Source: a virus | Taxonomy: Duplodnaviria; Caudoviricetes | IMG/VR virus record: IMGVR_UViG_3300011908_000001 | Span: 1-64,000 of that record | Direction: 5' to 3' (one strand) | DNA: 64,000 nucleotides | Part shown: piece by piece, positions 9,838 to 17,462 of the stretch | How the letters are laid out: the number at the start of each line of letters is the position of its first letter | Position numbering within the stretch: position 1 is the stretch's first letter | Made by a program: the position numbers and the translations under genes | The notes under the pieces: generated by a model | The model's database searches: none | What the model was told of the DNA's origin: nothing | What the model saw: the letters and a program-made list of their open reading frames with translations, nothing else

Positions 9838-10365
9838 ATGAACGAAGAAAAACCATTAGAGCTTGAGAAAGCCTATATTGTAATGAATCCAAAGCAGTGG
9901 CTAGACATCGGTAACGCATTGTTGGTAGCCGGTAACCAACTTGACTTCGCCCAAGAGGTTCATCAAGGAGACCCTATTTTACGATCTAATCTAGCGGCTG
10001 AAATTCATTTAGCCATTAAGGTACTTAACAAGGTGCACGCTAGTTCCAAGGATTTCATGGATGACCACGATGTTTCTGCTAACGTCATGTTGGAGAGCAT
10101 CCATGATCAATTAGTTGGACTAGCTAATGAGCTTTACCCACTGCTTAATGAAGAAGATAAGAATGAATTGGTAGAGGAAACTAAAGCCTTCTCCAAAAAA
10201 CTGAACAGTAGTTTTGCTGAACAGGTATTCACCCGCCTCTCAGACGATGAAGAGGTGCTAGAAAAGTTCCCTAACGAGGGTAGCTTGCGCACTATGGTGG
10301 ATGATACTTATGACTCTCATTTAGATGGGATGGTTGACGAGGCGTTCGGGGAGGTTATCAAATGA
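9838..10365 (+). CDS. Hypothetical acidic protein
   Basis: 175 aa; RBS AGGAGG. Confidence 0.7.
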   Translation: MNEEKPLELEKAYIVMNPKQWLDIGNALLVAGNQLDFAQEVHQGDPILRSNLAAEIHLAIKVLNKVHASSKDFMDDHDVSANVMLESIHDQLVGLANELYPLLNEEDKNELVEETKAFSKKLNSSFAEQVFTRLSDDEEVLEKFPNEGSLRTMVDDTYDSHLDGMVDEAFGEVIK

Positions 10366-10757
10366 GTTCTGAACCAATCCGCTCAACTGTAAGAATCTTC
10401 CGAGAATGCTTATATGACCAAAGTTTCAACCTAGAGTTCTTCCGTGAGGACTTAGGGGAGGAAATTGCAAAGCAACCAATTTGGACTCCTATGTCTTTCC
10501 TCGCTGCTGTTGGAGAGTCTTTGCGAATACTATGTGGGGAAGCCATAGAAATCCTCTCAGCTGATCCTCCGGAAGAACCTATCGTACTTCAAGTAGAAAT
10601 TGACTACCATATTGAAGGTCTATTATTAAAAGCACATACAGTATATGCTTCTTCAAGAATTGGAAAAGCCAGTAAAGAAGAAGAGTCCTCACGACTCTGC
10701 GATTTGGTTTTACCCCAGATTACAGAAGGACTTAAACCCATCATCGGAGGTAACTAA
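10362..10757 (+). CDS. Hypothetical protein
   Basis: ATGA overlap with the previous gene; RBS GGGAGG. Confidence 0.65.
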   Translation: MSSEPIRSTVRIFRECLYDQSFNLEFFREDLGEEIAKQPIWTPMSFLAAVGESLRILCGEAIEILSADPPEEPIVLQVEIDYHIEGLLLKAHTVYASSRIGKASKEEESSRLCDLVLPQITEGLKPIIGGN

Positions 10758-10958
10758 ATGGATTACTCACGGTGGCACATAGGCGACAAGGCGTTCTACC
10801 AAGGACAAACTTGTGCCAACACAGTAACTTATGGCGAGGAGTACGAGGTAATCCGTTTAGTAGAAGGAAAGCCTCGGCACGCCTTTATAAAAGATGACTC
10901 AGGGAATGACAAACTTATTCAAATGAGTTCATTATTCGTTAAGACTGGAGGTAAATAA
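10758..10958 (+). CDS. Hypothetical small beta-barrel-like protein
   Basis: RBS GGAGG; WHIGDKAFY...GEEYEV pattern. Confidence 0.65.
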   Translation: MDYSRWHIGDKAFYQGQTCANTVTYGEEYEVIRLVEGKPRHAFIKDDSGNDKLIQMSSLFVKTGGK

Positions 10959-10960
10959 CC

Positions 10961-11230
10961 ATGAGCAAGTATACATTAAGTATTGCACCCGACGACAAAA
11001 CACCTATTGAGACAGGTTTCGCTGATTTTTATAAACTGCCAGAGATTTTAGAAGAGTTCATCAAAGGATTTACAGGTGGCGAAAGCCCCTACCACAAAGT
11101 ATCTTTCATGTTAGAAGAAGTTGGCACTGGAAGGTCCCAACTAGTAGAAGCTTCTTATGAAGCATTGGAGAACATCCCTACCATTGGTGGAGAGGTAGTT
11201 CGACAATTAGTTAAAGGATTTACAAATTAG
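10961..11230 (+). CDS. Hypothetical protein
   Basis: RBS GGAGG. Confidence 0.65.
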   Translation: MSKYTLSIAPDDKTPIETGFADFYKLPEILEEFIKGFTGGESPYHKVSFMLEEVGTGRSQLVEASYEALENIPTIGGEVVRQLVKGFTN

Positions 11231-11243
11231 TTTTAAATACCAC

Positions 11244-11272
11244 TTGACAAATATCCACTAATGTGGTAATAT
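11244..11272 (+). promoter_or_regulatory. SigmaA-type promoter for the RNA cluster
   Basis: TTGACA-17 bp-TAATAT with TG extension; no CDS follows for ~760 nt. Confidence 0.8.
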
Positions 11273-11378
11273 AGTTTTATAAGGTACTACAAAGTGCTTT
11301 AAATATTAGCTCAATGTTATCTATGAATTATGTGACCAACAGGTTAGGGGGTGCGGAAACACCTCTTAACCACATTAC

Positions 11379-11477
11379 AGGGGAGTGGCGTGAGGGCATG
11401 CGCACCTGAGAAACCAGGGTCAGGTAATAATCAGCTGATAAAACTGACATATCGTAGGTTCGAATCCTACCTCCATC
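11379..11477 (+). ncRNA. tRNA-like element (non-canonical; anticodon not assignable)
   Basis: Perfect T arm GTAGG-TTCGAAT-CCTAC; D stem GCGT/ATGC; partial acceptor GGAG/CTCC; oversized anticodon-like arm ACCTGA-10 nt-TCAGGT; long variable arm. Confidence 0.55.
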
Positions 11478-11584
11478 TATACTTCCGTTAAGGAAGCTTT
11501 TGTAAAATCACCCCCCCCATGACTTCACAAAAAATAATCAAATATTTTTTCGAGATAAATGGTAGTAAATATATTAAATAAATC

Positions 11585-11985
11585 AGGGAGACTCTTTAAA
11601 CCGTAACGGACATTTCGGTTTAAACTTCTCCTTACATAATTCCTAGCGAAACGGGTGGAAGAGGCGTATTCCCGTTTAGTTGATCTTAGATTTACTAGGA
11701 CTTCAAGTTCGCAAGAAACTTAGGCAGACGTGTCCATCCTCTAAGTACAGGTCAGAGAGGTTTCCTCCTTATAGTTTTTCACATAGCACCGATTGCCCTT
11801 TAAAGGGGCTGACCTAAGCATTATCACCTGAATGCGTTCATAGTGGTAGCAACGTCGTTAAACTGCTCGGCTCTTCGGAGCCTACATAATTGTGAGTGAC
11901 CTGAATGGCTTTAGGTAAGGTCTCTGAAACGGTAGTATGAGCCACATACTTGACCCGAAGAGAGTGTTGACCACTTGGCTCTCTT
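11585..11985 (+). ncRNA. Series of unidentified structured RNA elements
   Basis: Stems TTTAAACCG/CGGTTTAAA, CCTAG/CTAGG, AAACGGG/CCCGTTT, C-GCAA-G tetraloop, GGCTC-TTCG-GAGCC, AGTATG-AGCCA-CATACT, AAGAGAG/CTCTCTT; units separated by TACATAATT at 11633 and 11883. Confidence 0.55.
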
Positions 11986-11994
11986 ACTTTAGAT

Positions 11995-12537
11995 AGGTTG
12001 TTAGTGTAGTAGGTAACATAGGCAGGAGGTTAGTTTTGAAAGAGTTTATGTATGGTTATTTAGTTAATGAAGACGGGGAGGTTTTCTCCACTAAGTATGG
12101 TAAGTTAAGAAAGTTAAAGGGCAGGAAAAATCAAAAAGGGTACCTTATGTATGTTTTGAGTTTCGAAGGTAAAACCCAAGACTTTTCAGCTCACCACTTA
12201 TCGTACTATGTAAATATTAGTCATTTCGACACCTCAGATGGTCTTCAAATAGATCACATAGATGGTAACAAGTTGAATAATAATTATTTAAATCTTAGGA
12301 GAGTAACACCTAAAGAGAATTACAATAACCCATCTACTAAGCCTGATAGTCGAGGAAATAAAAGTCCTAGATACTTAGAAATAGACATGGATGAATTAAA
12401 GGATCTTTTTATTTCAGGAGAGTCTATAAGGAGTATTTCGAAGCATTTCAAATGCTCAAGGCAAGTGGTAAATAGTAGACTTTCGAAGCTAAACCTATAA
12501 AAAAACGCCGACAGGGGTTCGAATCCTCTACGACCTG
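11995..12537 (+). tRNA. Split tRNA-like gene whose anticodon arm is occupied by an HNH gene
   Basis: 5' half: acceptor AGGTTGT (11995-12001), TA, D arm GTGT-AGTAGGTA-ACAT, A, GGC. 3' half: GCC, GAC, T arm AGGGG-TTCGAAT-CCTCT (12513-12529), acceptor ACGACCT (12530-12536), discriminator G. Confidence 0.7.
12036..12500 (+). CDS. HNH homing endonuclease with C-terminal HTH
   Basis: YLVNEDGEV N-terminus; SAHHL...QIDHIDGNKLNNNYLNLR HNH motif; SIRSISKHFKCSRQVV HTH; TTG start with RBS AGGAGG. Confidence 0.85.
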   Translation: MKEFMYGYLVNEDGEVFSTKYGKLRKLKGRKNQKGYLMYVLSFEGKTQDFSAHHLSYYVNISHFDTSDGLQIDHIDGNKLNNNYLNLRRVTPKENYNNPSTKPDSRGNKSPRYLEIDMDELKDLFISGESIRSISKHFKCSRQVVNSRLSKLNL

Positions 12538-12546
12538 TATAAGTTT

Positions 12547-12720
12547 TCGGCTACCGAGTGGTCGAGGCTTAGAGGGAGGGCGGTCTCCCTTAAATGAACA
12601 GCGCACGTAGGCTTCCATGTCGAAGCCCTTTGAACTCCCTGATAAAACGAGAGGTGCCTACCAGATCGTATGCGCACAGGGAGGATTAGTACGAGACTTT
12701 GGGCTCGCAGTCAGATAAGA
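12547..12720 (+). ncRNA. Unidentified pseudoknotted RNA
   Basis: Stems GCGCA/TGCGC, GTAGGC/GCCTAC, CCTTT/AGAGG whose loop CTCCCTG can pair with downstream CAGGGAG; extra hairpins AGGGAG/CTCCCT and CGAG/CTCG. Confidence 0.55.
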
Positions 12721-12735
12721 CAGAAAAATCAGCTG

Positions 12736-12801
12736 TAGGATTTGTAGTAGGTGCAGTCAGGTAAAGGCGCCTGATGGGGAGTTCGAATCTTCTCAGTCCT
12801 A
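12736..12801 (+). ncRNA. Short (66-nt) tRNA-like element
   Basis: 7-bp acceptor TAGGATT/AGTCCTA, mini D arm TGTA-GTAGG-TGCA, TCAGG/CCTGA arm with 8-nt loop, T arm GGGGAG-TTCGAAT-CTTCTC. Confidence 0.55.
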
Positions 12802-12810
12802 TTTTAATTA

Positions 12811-12884
12811 GTGGTAGTACCGAAGCGGTTTAACGGCTCGGATTGCAAACCCGATGTTCAGGGGTTCGAATCCCCTCTACCACT
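12811..12884 (+). tRNA. tRNA-Cys (GCA), CCA not encoded
   Basis: Acceptor GTGGTAG/CTACCAC, D stem CCG/CGG, anticodon loop TT-GCA-AA (A31.C39 mismatch), T arm AGGGG-TTCGAAT-CCCCT, discriminator U. Confidence 0.85.
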
Positions 12885-12947
12885 TAGGGCACACGCCCTT
12901 TCCATATGAGGTTTAAATTCCTCTTTCATATTTTTCCTCCCCTTTTA

Positions 12948-12985
12948 CCCATTACATCGGAAAGTGTAGTGGGGTTTTTTATTTT
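12948..12985 (+). terminator. Terminator closing the RNA cluster
   Basis: CCCATTACAT-CGGAAA-GTGTAGTGGG followed by a T run. Confidence 0.85.
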
Positions 12986-12989
12986 ATTG

Positions 12990-13019
12990 TTGACAAAGTA
13001 ACGGGAGGCATGGTATACT
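12990..13019 (+). promoter_or_regulatory. SigmaA-type promoter
   Basis: TTGACA-18 bp-TATACT with TG extension. Confidence 0.7.
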
Positions 13020-13048
13020 CATCTTATAAATCATTAGGAGGAGATAGT

Positions 13049-13252
13049 ATGGTTCTAGTAAGTGCGCTTGATACCAGCGATGGCACATATAAGGATGCAC
13101 ACATTAACGCATTCCAAGTAATCTTTAGCAAGGAAATAGGCGGAGGATACTTCTGGGTTGACTGCGTAGGGGGTCAAAGAATCCGCTGTGTAGGAAGTTA
13201 CAAGGTTTTCATATCTCGCATGAATGTAGTTTTAAAAGGTGGTAGCAAGTAG
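13049..13252 (+). CDS. Hypothetical protein (start reassigned to 13049)
   Basis: RBS AGGAGG at ~13036-13041. Confidence 0.65.
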   Translation: MVLVSALDTSDGTYKDAHINAFQVIFSKEIGGGYFWVDCVGGQRIRCVGSYKVFISRMNVVLKGGSK

Positions 13253-14215
13253 ATGATAGAGAATATTAACATAGGCAGAGACATTGTCATTCAGATTGAC
13301 ATTGCGGAATACCTTGAGCGTTTTGAATGGGAGCAAGCACGATGGCGTGATGATCGTCTAGTAGCCCGTTCACCATTCCGTGATGACAACTCTCCATCAT
13401 TCTTTGTTAACTTTAACAATGAGTGGTCAGGAAGTTGGGGTGATAGTGGTACTGGTCAGACAGGTAATTTAGTATCTCTTACAGCAGAGCTTTTTGGAAT
13501 AACCTATGAAGAGGCGTGGGAACAGCTTCGTGACGAGTATTTTGTTAAGCCCTATGAAGTGCCAGACATTTCCATCCAGTTGAAGCAACCTCAAGTACCT
13601 ACTACCTTCGATTTACCTAAGTGGTGTCCTTCGCCTTACTTAGGAGGTCGTGGTATCAGCGAGGTAACTCAGCTTGATTATATGGTGAATGAAGCAGATG
13701 GTCAAATAAACCTTCCATACATCGACGGAAGTGGCTTGGTACGGGCGTTGAAACACCGTAGTGTAGAGGCTAAAGACTTCTGGTATCAGGCTGGTACACA
13801 CTCTATTAATGACCTACTGTTCGGTTACCATTTAGTATACGAGAAGAAGCCTACCACAATCTTTATTTGTGAGGCGGAGATAGATGCTATGAGTGCCTAT
13901 GAGATGGGATACGTTGGAGTTTCTACAGGTTCAGCCCACATGTCAGACAAGCAAGTTGAACTGCTTATTAAAACGGGCGTTACCAACGTGGTAATTGCAA
14001 TGGATAATGACATGGCGGGTAATAAGGCTTCTGAGACTATCTTAAATAAGCTTTCCGAAAAGGACACATTTGATATCTACCGTGTAATCCTTCCAGAAGG
14101 CGGAGACCTTAATGACCTATTGCAAAAGATTAAAGGAACACCTAAAAGAGTTAAGATGAAAGAGTTGACAAAGGCGGGTAACCTTCACAAAAAGATTTGG
14201 TTTAGAGGTATTTAA
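13253..14215 (+). CDS. DNA primase (TOPRIM)
   Basis: SPFRDDNSPSF N-terminal domain; ICEAEIDAMS and AMDND TOPRIM motifs; GGDLND. Confidence 0.9.
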   Translation: MIENINIGRDIVIQIDIAEYLERFEWEQARWRDDRLVARSPFRDDNSPSFFVNFNNEWSGSWGDSGTGQTGNLVSLTAELFGITYEEAWEQLRDEYFVKPYEVPDISIQLKQPQVPTTFDLPKWCPSPYLGGRGISEVTQLDYMVNEADGQINLPYIDGSGLVRALKHRSVEAKDFWYQAGTHSINDLLFGYHLVYEKKPTTIFICEAEIDAMSAYEMGYVGVSTGSAHMSDKQVELLIKTGVTNVVIAMDNDMAGNKASETILNKLSEKDTFDIYRVILPEGGDLNDLLQKIKGTPKRVKMKELTKAGNLHKKIWFRGI

Positions 14216-14218
14216 TTG

Positions 14219-14247
14219 TTGACAATAAACCTTTTTCATGCTATACT
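14219..14247 (+). promoter_or_regulatory. SigmaA-type promoter
   Basis: TTGACA-17 bp-TATACT with TG extension. Confidence 0.8.
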
Positions 14248-14279
14248 ATTAAGGTATTATATTAAAGGAGGAAATATCT

Positions 14280-14561
14280 ATGTTTAAGAGTTCGGTAAAG
14301 AGCATTGCTGGTGCTACGTGGAAAACAGTTATTGAGATTGCCTTGGTACTAACTATCATCAACCTTGTACAGGAGTATGGATTCGCATTAAGCATCGCCT
14401 ACTTAGCGCTTGTTGTAGTGGCTGCTTTCTTAACCCTAGTATTGTTTTCATGGTACAATTACCATAAGCTTGTAAAACAGTTTTCTGATGAACTTCATGT
14501 AAGTAAGGAAAAGGCTAAAGAAGTAATCAACAATACCTTTGCGAAAGGTGTGGGAAAATAA
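14280..14561 (+). CDS. Membrane protein
   Basis: Two hydrophobic segments; RBS AAAGGAGG. Confidence 0.7.
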   Translation: MFKSSVKSIAGATWKTVIEIALVLTIINLVQEYGFALSIAYLALVVVAAFLTLVLFSWYNYHKLVKQFSDELHVSKEKAKEVINNTFAKGVGK

Positions 14562-15550
14562 TGGCATACTTTAAATATCCATCATTAACTAACCACTATG
14601 CAATCAACAAGTCACGTCAGATATCAGAGGCTCTTGAGACACTCTGCTATTCAACAGAGAAGATTCATGGAAGCAACGTCCAATTTGCTTTTGAAAGAGA
14701 TGAGCCAATCACTAAATTCAAAGCTTATTCACGTGGAGGTACCCTTATTTCTGGCACAGATTCAGAAGGTAATGTAGTGCAAGATAAACAATTCCCTCTA
14801 GTAGCAGATATGGCAGTAGCCTATAATTTACCAGAGGTGGCAGCAGATATCTTTGCTGACTACCACTCAATTGACAAGATTAACATCTATGGGGAGTACT
14901 TTGGTAGCGGCGTTCAGAAGACCAACTACACCCTCTCAGAACTAGGTGAGAAAGATTTCCAAGTTTTCGATATCCTGTATAGCTTCAAAGGTGAAGATGA
15001 GGATACTCGCCACTCTATGGGTCTAGCTGAGCTGCTTCATTATGTAGGCGCAGAGAAGATGGCTACTATTGAAAGATTTGGCTCTTTGAAAGACTTAATC
15101 GCCACTGATATCCCCACTGATTCAACCTATGGAGGTCAACGTGAGGGTAATGTCTATAAGAGCGTTAACGGAATGGCTATCTCACCTAACATTAAATACT
15201 TGGGTATCAAGCACAAGCGACCTGAGTTTTCAGAGGTAGCCTCAAAACCTAAGCAACCTAAGCAACCTGTCAAACATTCAGATGAACTACTCGAACTAGC
15301 TTCCAGTGTAGAAGACTATGTAACGATTAATCGCATGCGCAATGTACATTCACACGGAGATATCCCGTTCACCTACAATAACATTGGAAAGATTATGTAC
15401 TTGTTTAAACAGGATATTATTAAGGAGTTTACAGAAGATAACTCAGAAGTCAATATTAAAGAGTTAGAGAAAGCACTTAAGATGAGTGATCGTCAAATTG
15501 CAATGCTTGCAAAAGATGTAATCAATGAATTAGGAGAGGTGGAAGATTAA
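14561..15550 (+). CDS. RNA ligase, Rnl2-like nucleotidyltransferase
   Basis: Motif I TEKIHGSN, then GEYFG, FQVFDI, REGNV and GIKHK motifs of the T4 Rnl2 family. Confidence 0.8.
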   Translation: MAYFKYPSLTNHYAINKSRQISEALETLCYSTEKIHGSNVQFAFERDEPITKFKAYSRGGTLISGTDSEGNVVQDKQFPLVADMAVAYNLPEVAADIFADYHSIDKINIYGEYFGSGVQKTNYTLSELGEKDFQVFDILYSFKGEDEDTRHSMGLAELLHYVGAEKMATIERFGSLKDLIATDIPTDSTYGGQREGNVYKSVNGMAISPNIKYLGIKHKRPEFSEVASKPKQPKQPVKHSDELLELASSVEDYVTINRMRNVHSHGDIPFTYNNIGKIMYLFKQDIIKEFTEDNSEVNIKELEKALKMSDRQIAMLAKDVINELGEVED

Positions 15551-15831
15551 TGGTTAAGAAAATTTTATTATCTATTGGGGCTTTTGGATTAGTTGTTGCA
15601 TTAGGAGGATGTGCATCTTTAGAACGTTTTGGTAAGAGCATGGGAAGTGATTTAGGTGGAGGCTTGTACCGTTCAGTAAAAGTTGTAACACAGACTGGTG
15701 AAGTAATCTTTGAGGACGAAGGAAAGTTTGATATTGAAGTCAACGATTACCGCTTGAAATACATTGACGAAAACGGCAAGTTGCGGATCGTTTACATCGG
15801 GGGTTCAACAGCCATCTTAGATGAGAAGTAA
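15550..15831 (+). CDS. Putative lipoprotein
   Basis: Signal peptide with lipobox LGGC. Confidence 0.7.
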   Translation: MVKKILLSIGAFGLVVALGGCASLERFGKSMGSDLGGGLYRSVKVVTQTGEVIFEDEGKFDIEVNDYRLKYIDENGKLRIVYIGGSTAILDEK

Positions 15832-15842
15832 GGAGGTTCACC

Positions 15843-16004
15843 ATGGAACAAGATAACGTAGAGATTACTTATGATGAGTACATGACTTTAAAGCGTAGGG
15901 ATGATTTCCTGACAGCCTTAGAAATGGCTGGTGTTGATAACTGGCAGGGTATTGAAGATGCCTATGATATATATGAAGAGATGATTTTAGATAAGGGGGT
16001 ATAG
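15843..16004 (+). CDS. Small hypothetical protein (53 aa, below the ORF-track cutoff)
   Basis: RBS AAGGAGG; MEQDNVEITYDEYMTLKRRDDFLTALEMAGVDNWQG... Confidence 0.6.
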   Translation: MEQDNVEITYDEYMTLKRRDDFLTALEMAGVDNWQGIEDAYDIYEEMILDKGV

Positions 16005-16006
16005 TC

Positions 16007-16147
16007 GTGGAAGAAGAAATTATTAACGAGGAAGAGAAACAAGAATGCCCTTGTGAAGACTGTGGAGCATGCCACATTGATGGTTGGGAAGCCATGGCGT
16101 GCTGGAGCTTTATCAACGACCCTGATTATGACCCGTGGGAAATTTAA
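16007..16147 (+). CDS. Small Cys-rich protein (46 aa)
   Basis: GTG start after AAGGGGG; CPCEDCGACH motif. Confidence 0.5.
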   Translation: MEEEIINEEEKQECPCEDCGACHIDGWEAMACWSFINDPDYDPWEI

Positions 16148-16162
16148 AAGGAGGAATTTAAA

Positions 16163-16609
16163 TTGACAATTCACGCTGTTTTGTACTCGCAACCAAACTG
16201 TATTAAGTGTAAGATGACTTCCGATCGTTTACAAAAGGTCATGAGAGTTAAGCACGAACACCTTTTCGACGGGGGCAATGACGAGTGGTCTAACAAGAAG
16301 ATTGACAAGTTCCGTGACCAAGGTTACAAGTCATTCCCAATAGTTCGTATTTACGACGACGAGACAGGTGCTAGATTGGACGAATGGTGTGACTTCCAAG
16401 TAGGTCTTATCCAAAAGTATTCTGAGATGGCTAAGGAAAAGGAAGTAAGCACAGACACCCGCAAAGAATACCTAGTTACTTTATCAGTTAGCAAAACTGT
16501 AAATATCCTCTCAGAGTCAGATGACCCAGAAGATATTCGTAAGTCTGCTTTACAGAATATGAAAGGTGATGGTCTGAGCTGGAAAGTACAGGCTATCCAA
16601 ACTAAGTAA
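16163..16609 (+). CDS. NrdH/glutaredoxin-like protein with C-terminal extension
   Basis: YSQPNCIKC CxxC motif and SFPIV cis-Pro motif. Confidence 0.75.
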   Translation: MTIHAVLYSQPNCIKCKMTSDRLQKVMRVKHEHLFDGGNDEWSNKKIDKFRDQGYKSFPIVRIYDDETGARLDEWCDFQVGLIQKYSEMAKEKEVSTDTRKEYLVTLSVSKTVNILSESDDPEDIRKSALQNMKGDGLSWKVQAIQTK

Positions 16610-16622
16610 ATAAACTTTTAAG

Positions 16623-16657
16623 GAGAGCTTGACAAGGCTCTCTTTTTGTGCTATAGT
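16623..16657 (+). promoter_or_regulatory. Overlapping terminator and sigmaA promoter
   Basis: Hairpin GAGAGCTTG..AGGCTCTC plus T run contains TTGACA (16629); TATAGT 17 bp later. Confidence 0.8.
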
Positions 16658-16692
16658 AGTAAAGTAGATTAAAGGAGACAGGGGATGGCTTA

Positions 16693-17460
16693 GTGAAAAA
16701 ATCAGTTCTGAAAGATAAGCTTATGTTAATGACTGGTAAAACGGCAGAAGAAATAGAGCCTATGATTACACATATATACGTACAGCTTTTCGGAGTATCC
16801 GGTAACGGAGGTAAATTCGGAGAGGCACATATTCCACAGGAGTTTTCAGATTACTTTATGGAGAACTCTCCAGTAGCACCTAAGCAAAAAGCTATTTATA
16901 AACAATTGAAAAGTTATGTAGAGACTTTCAAAAGATTTTACAACCCTCAAGAGGGGGATGCACCTATTAGAAATATTTATCTATGGAGTAATGACAAAGG
17001 TAATGGGAAGTCAACTACCGCAGCTGTCCTTTTAAATGAGTTCATGATTATGGGATGGAAAGCATCGGTAGCACTTTCACGCAACTGGGATAAACCACCT
17101 GCATTCTTCTTGGATGTAAATGAGTTACAAGCACTTTATAATAAGTTCTCACGTAACGGGATCGCTCCGGAGATTGCGGAGGAGGCTTCCAGAGAATATT
17201 ATAGATTGATTGACAAAGCTACTCAAGCACCATTAGTAGTGTTCGATGACATCGGTGTTCGTTCGGCTACAGAAGCTTTCCGTGGGGATATCCACACAAT
17301 TATTAACAAACGTTTGGTAGACGGTCTTACAAGCATTTATACCTCCAACTTCCCATTGAAGTATATGGAAGAATTGTTTGATGAGCGTATTTACGACCGC
17401 ATTCGTGCAAACTGTTTTGAAATTAACTTTAAAGGTCAAAGTATGAGAGGTGTGAAATAG
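16693..17460 (+). CDS. DnaC-like helicase loader (AAA+)
   Basis: Walker A GNGKST, Walker B VVFDDIG, TSN and RIYDRI motifs. Confidence 0.85.
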   Translation: MKKSVLKDKLMLMTGKTAEEIEPMITHIYVQLFGVSGNGGKFGEAHIPQEFSDYFMENSPVAPKQKAIYKQLKSYVETFKRFYNPQEGDAPIRNIYLWSNDKGNGKSTTAAVLLNEFMIMGWKASVALSRNWDKPPAFFLDVNELQALYNKFSRNGIAPEIAEEASREYYRLIDKATQAPLVVFDDIGVRSATEAFRGDIHTIINKRLVDGLTSIYTSNFPLKYMEELFDERIYDRIRANCFEINFKGQSMRGVK

Positions 17461-17462
17461 TT

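Noticed and set aside
12024-12506. Group I intron as the explanation for the tRNA insert
   Set aside because: No P, Q, R, S core elements; the ORF fills nearly the whole insert.
11435-12650. CTGATAAAAC (twice) as a hammerhead core
   Set aside because: Does not match CUGANGA plus GAAA with three flanking stems.
11995-12745. tmRNA
   Set aside because: No GGGG..TTCGAC 5' end, G3.U70 alanine identity or tag-peptide frame; the embedded ORF has its own RBS and start.
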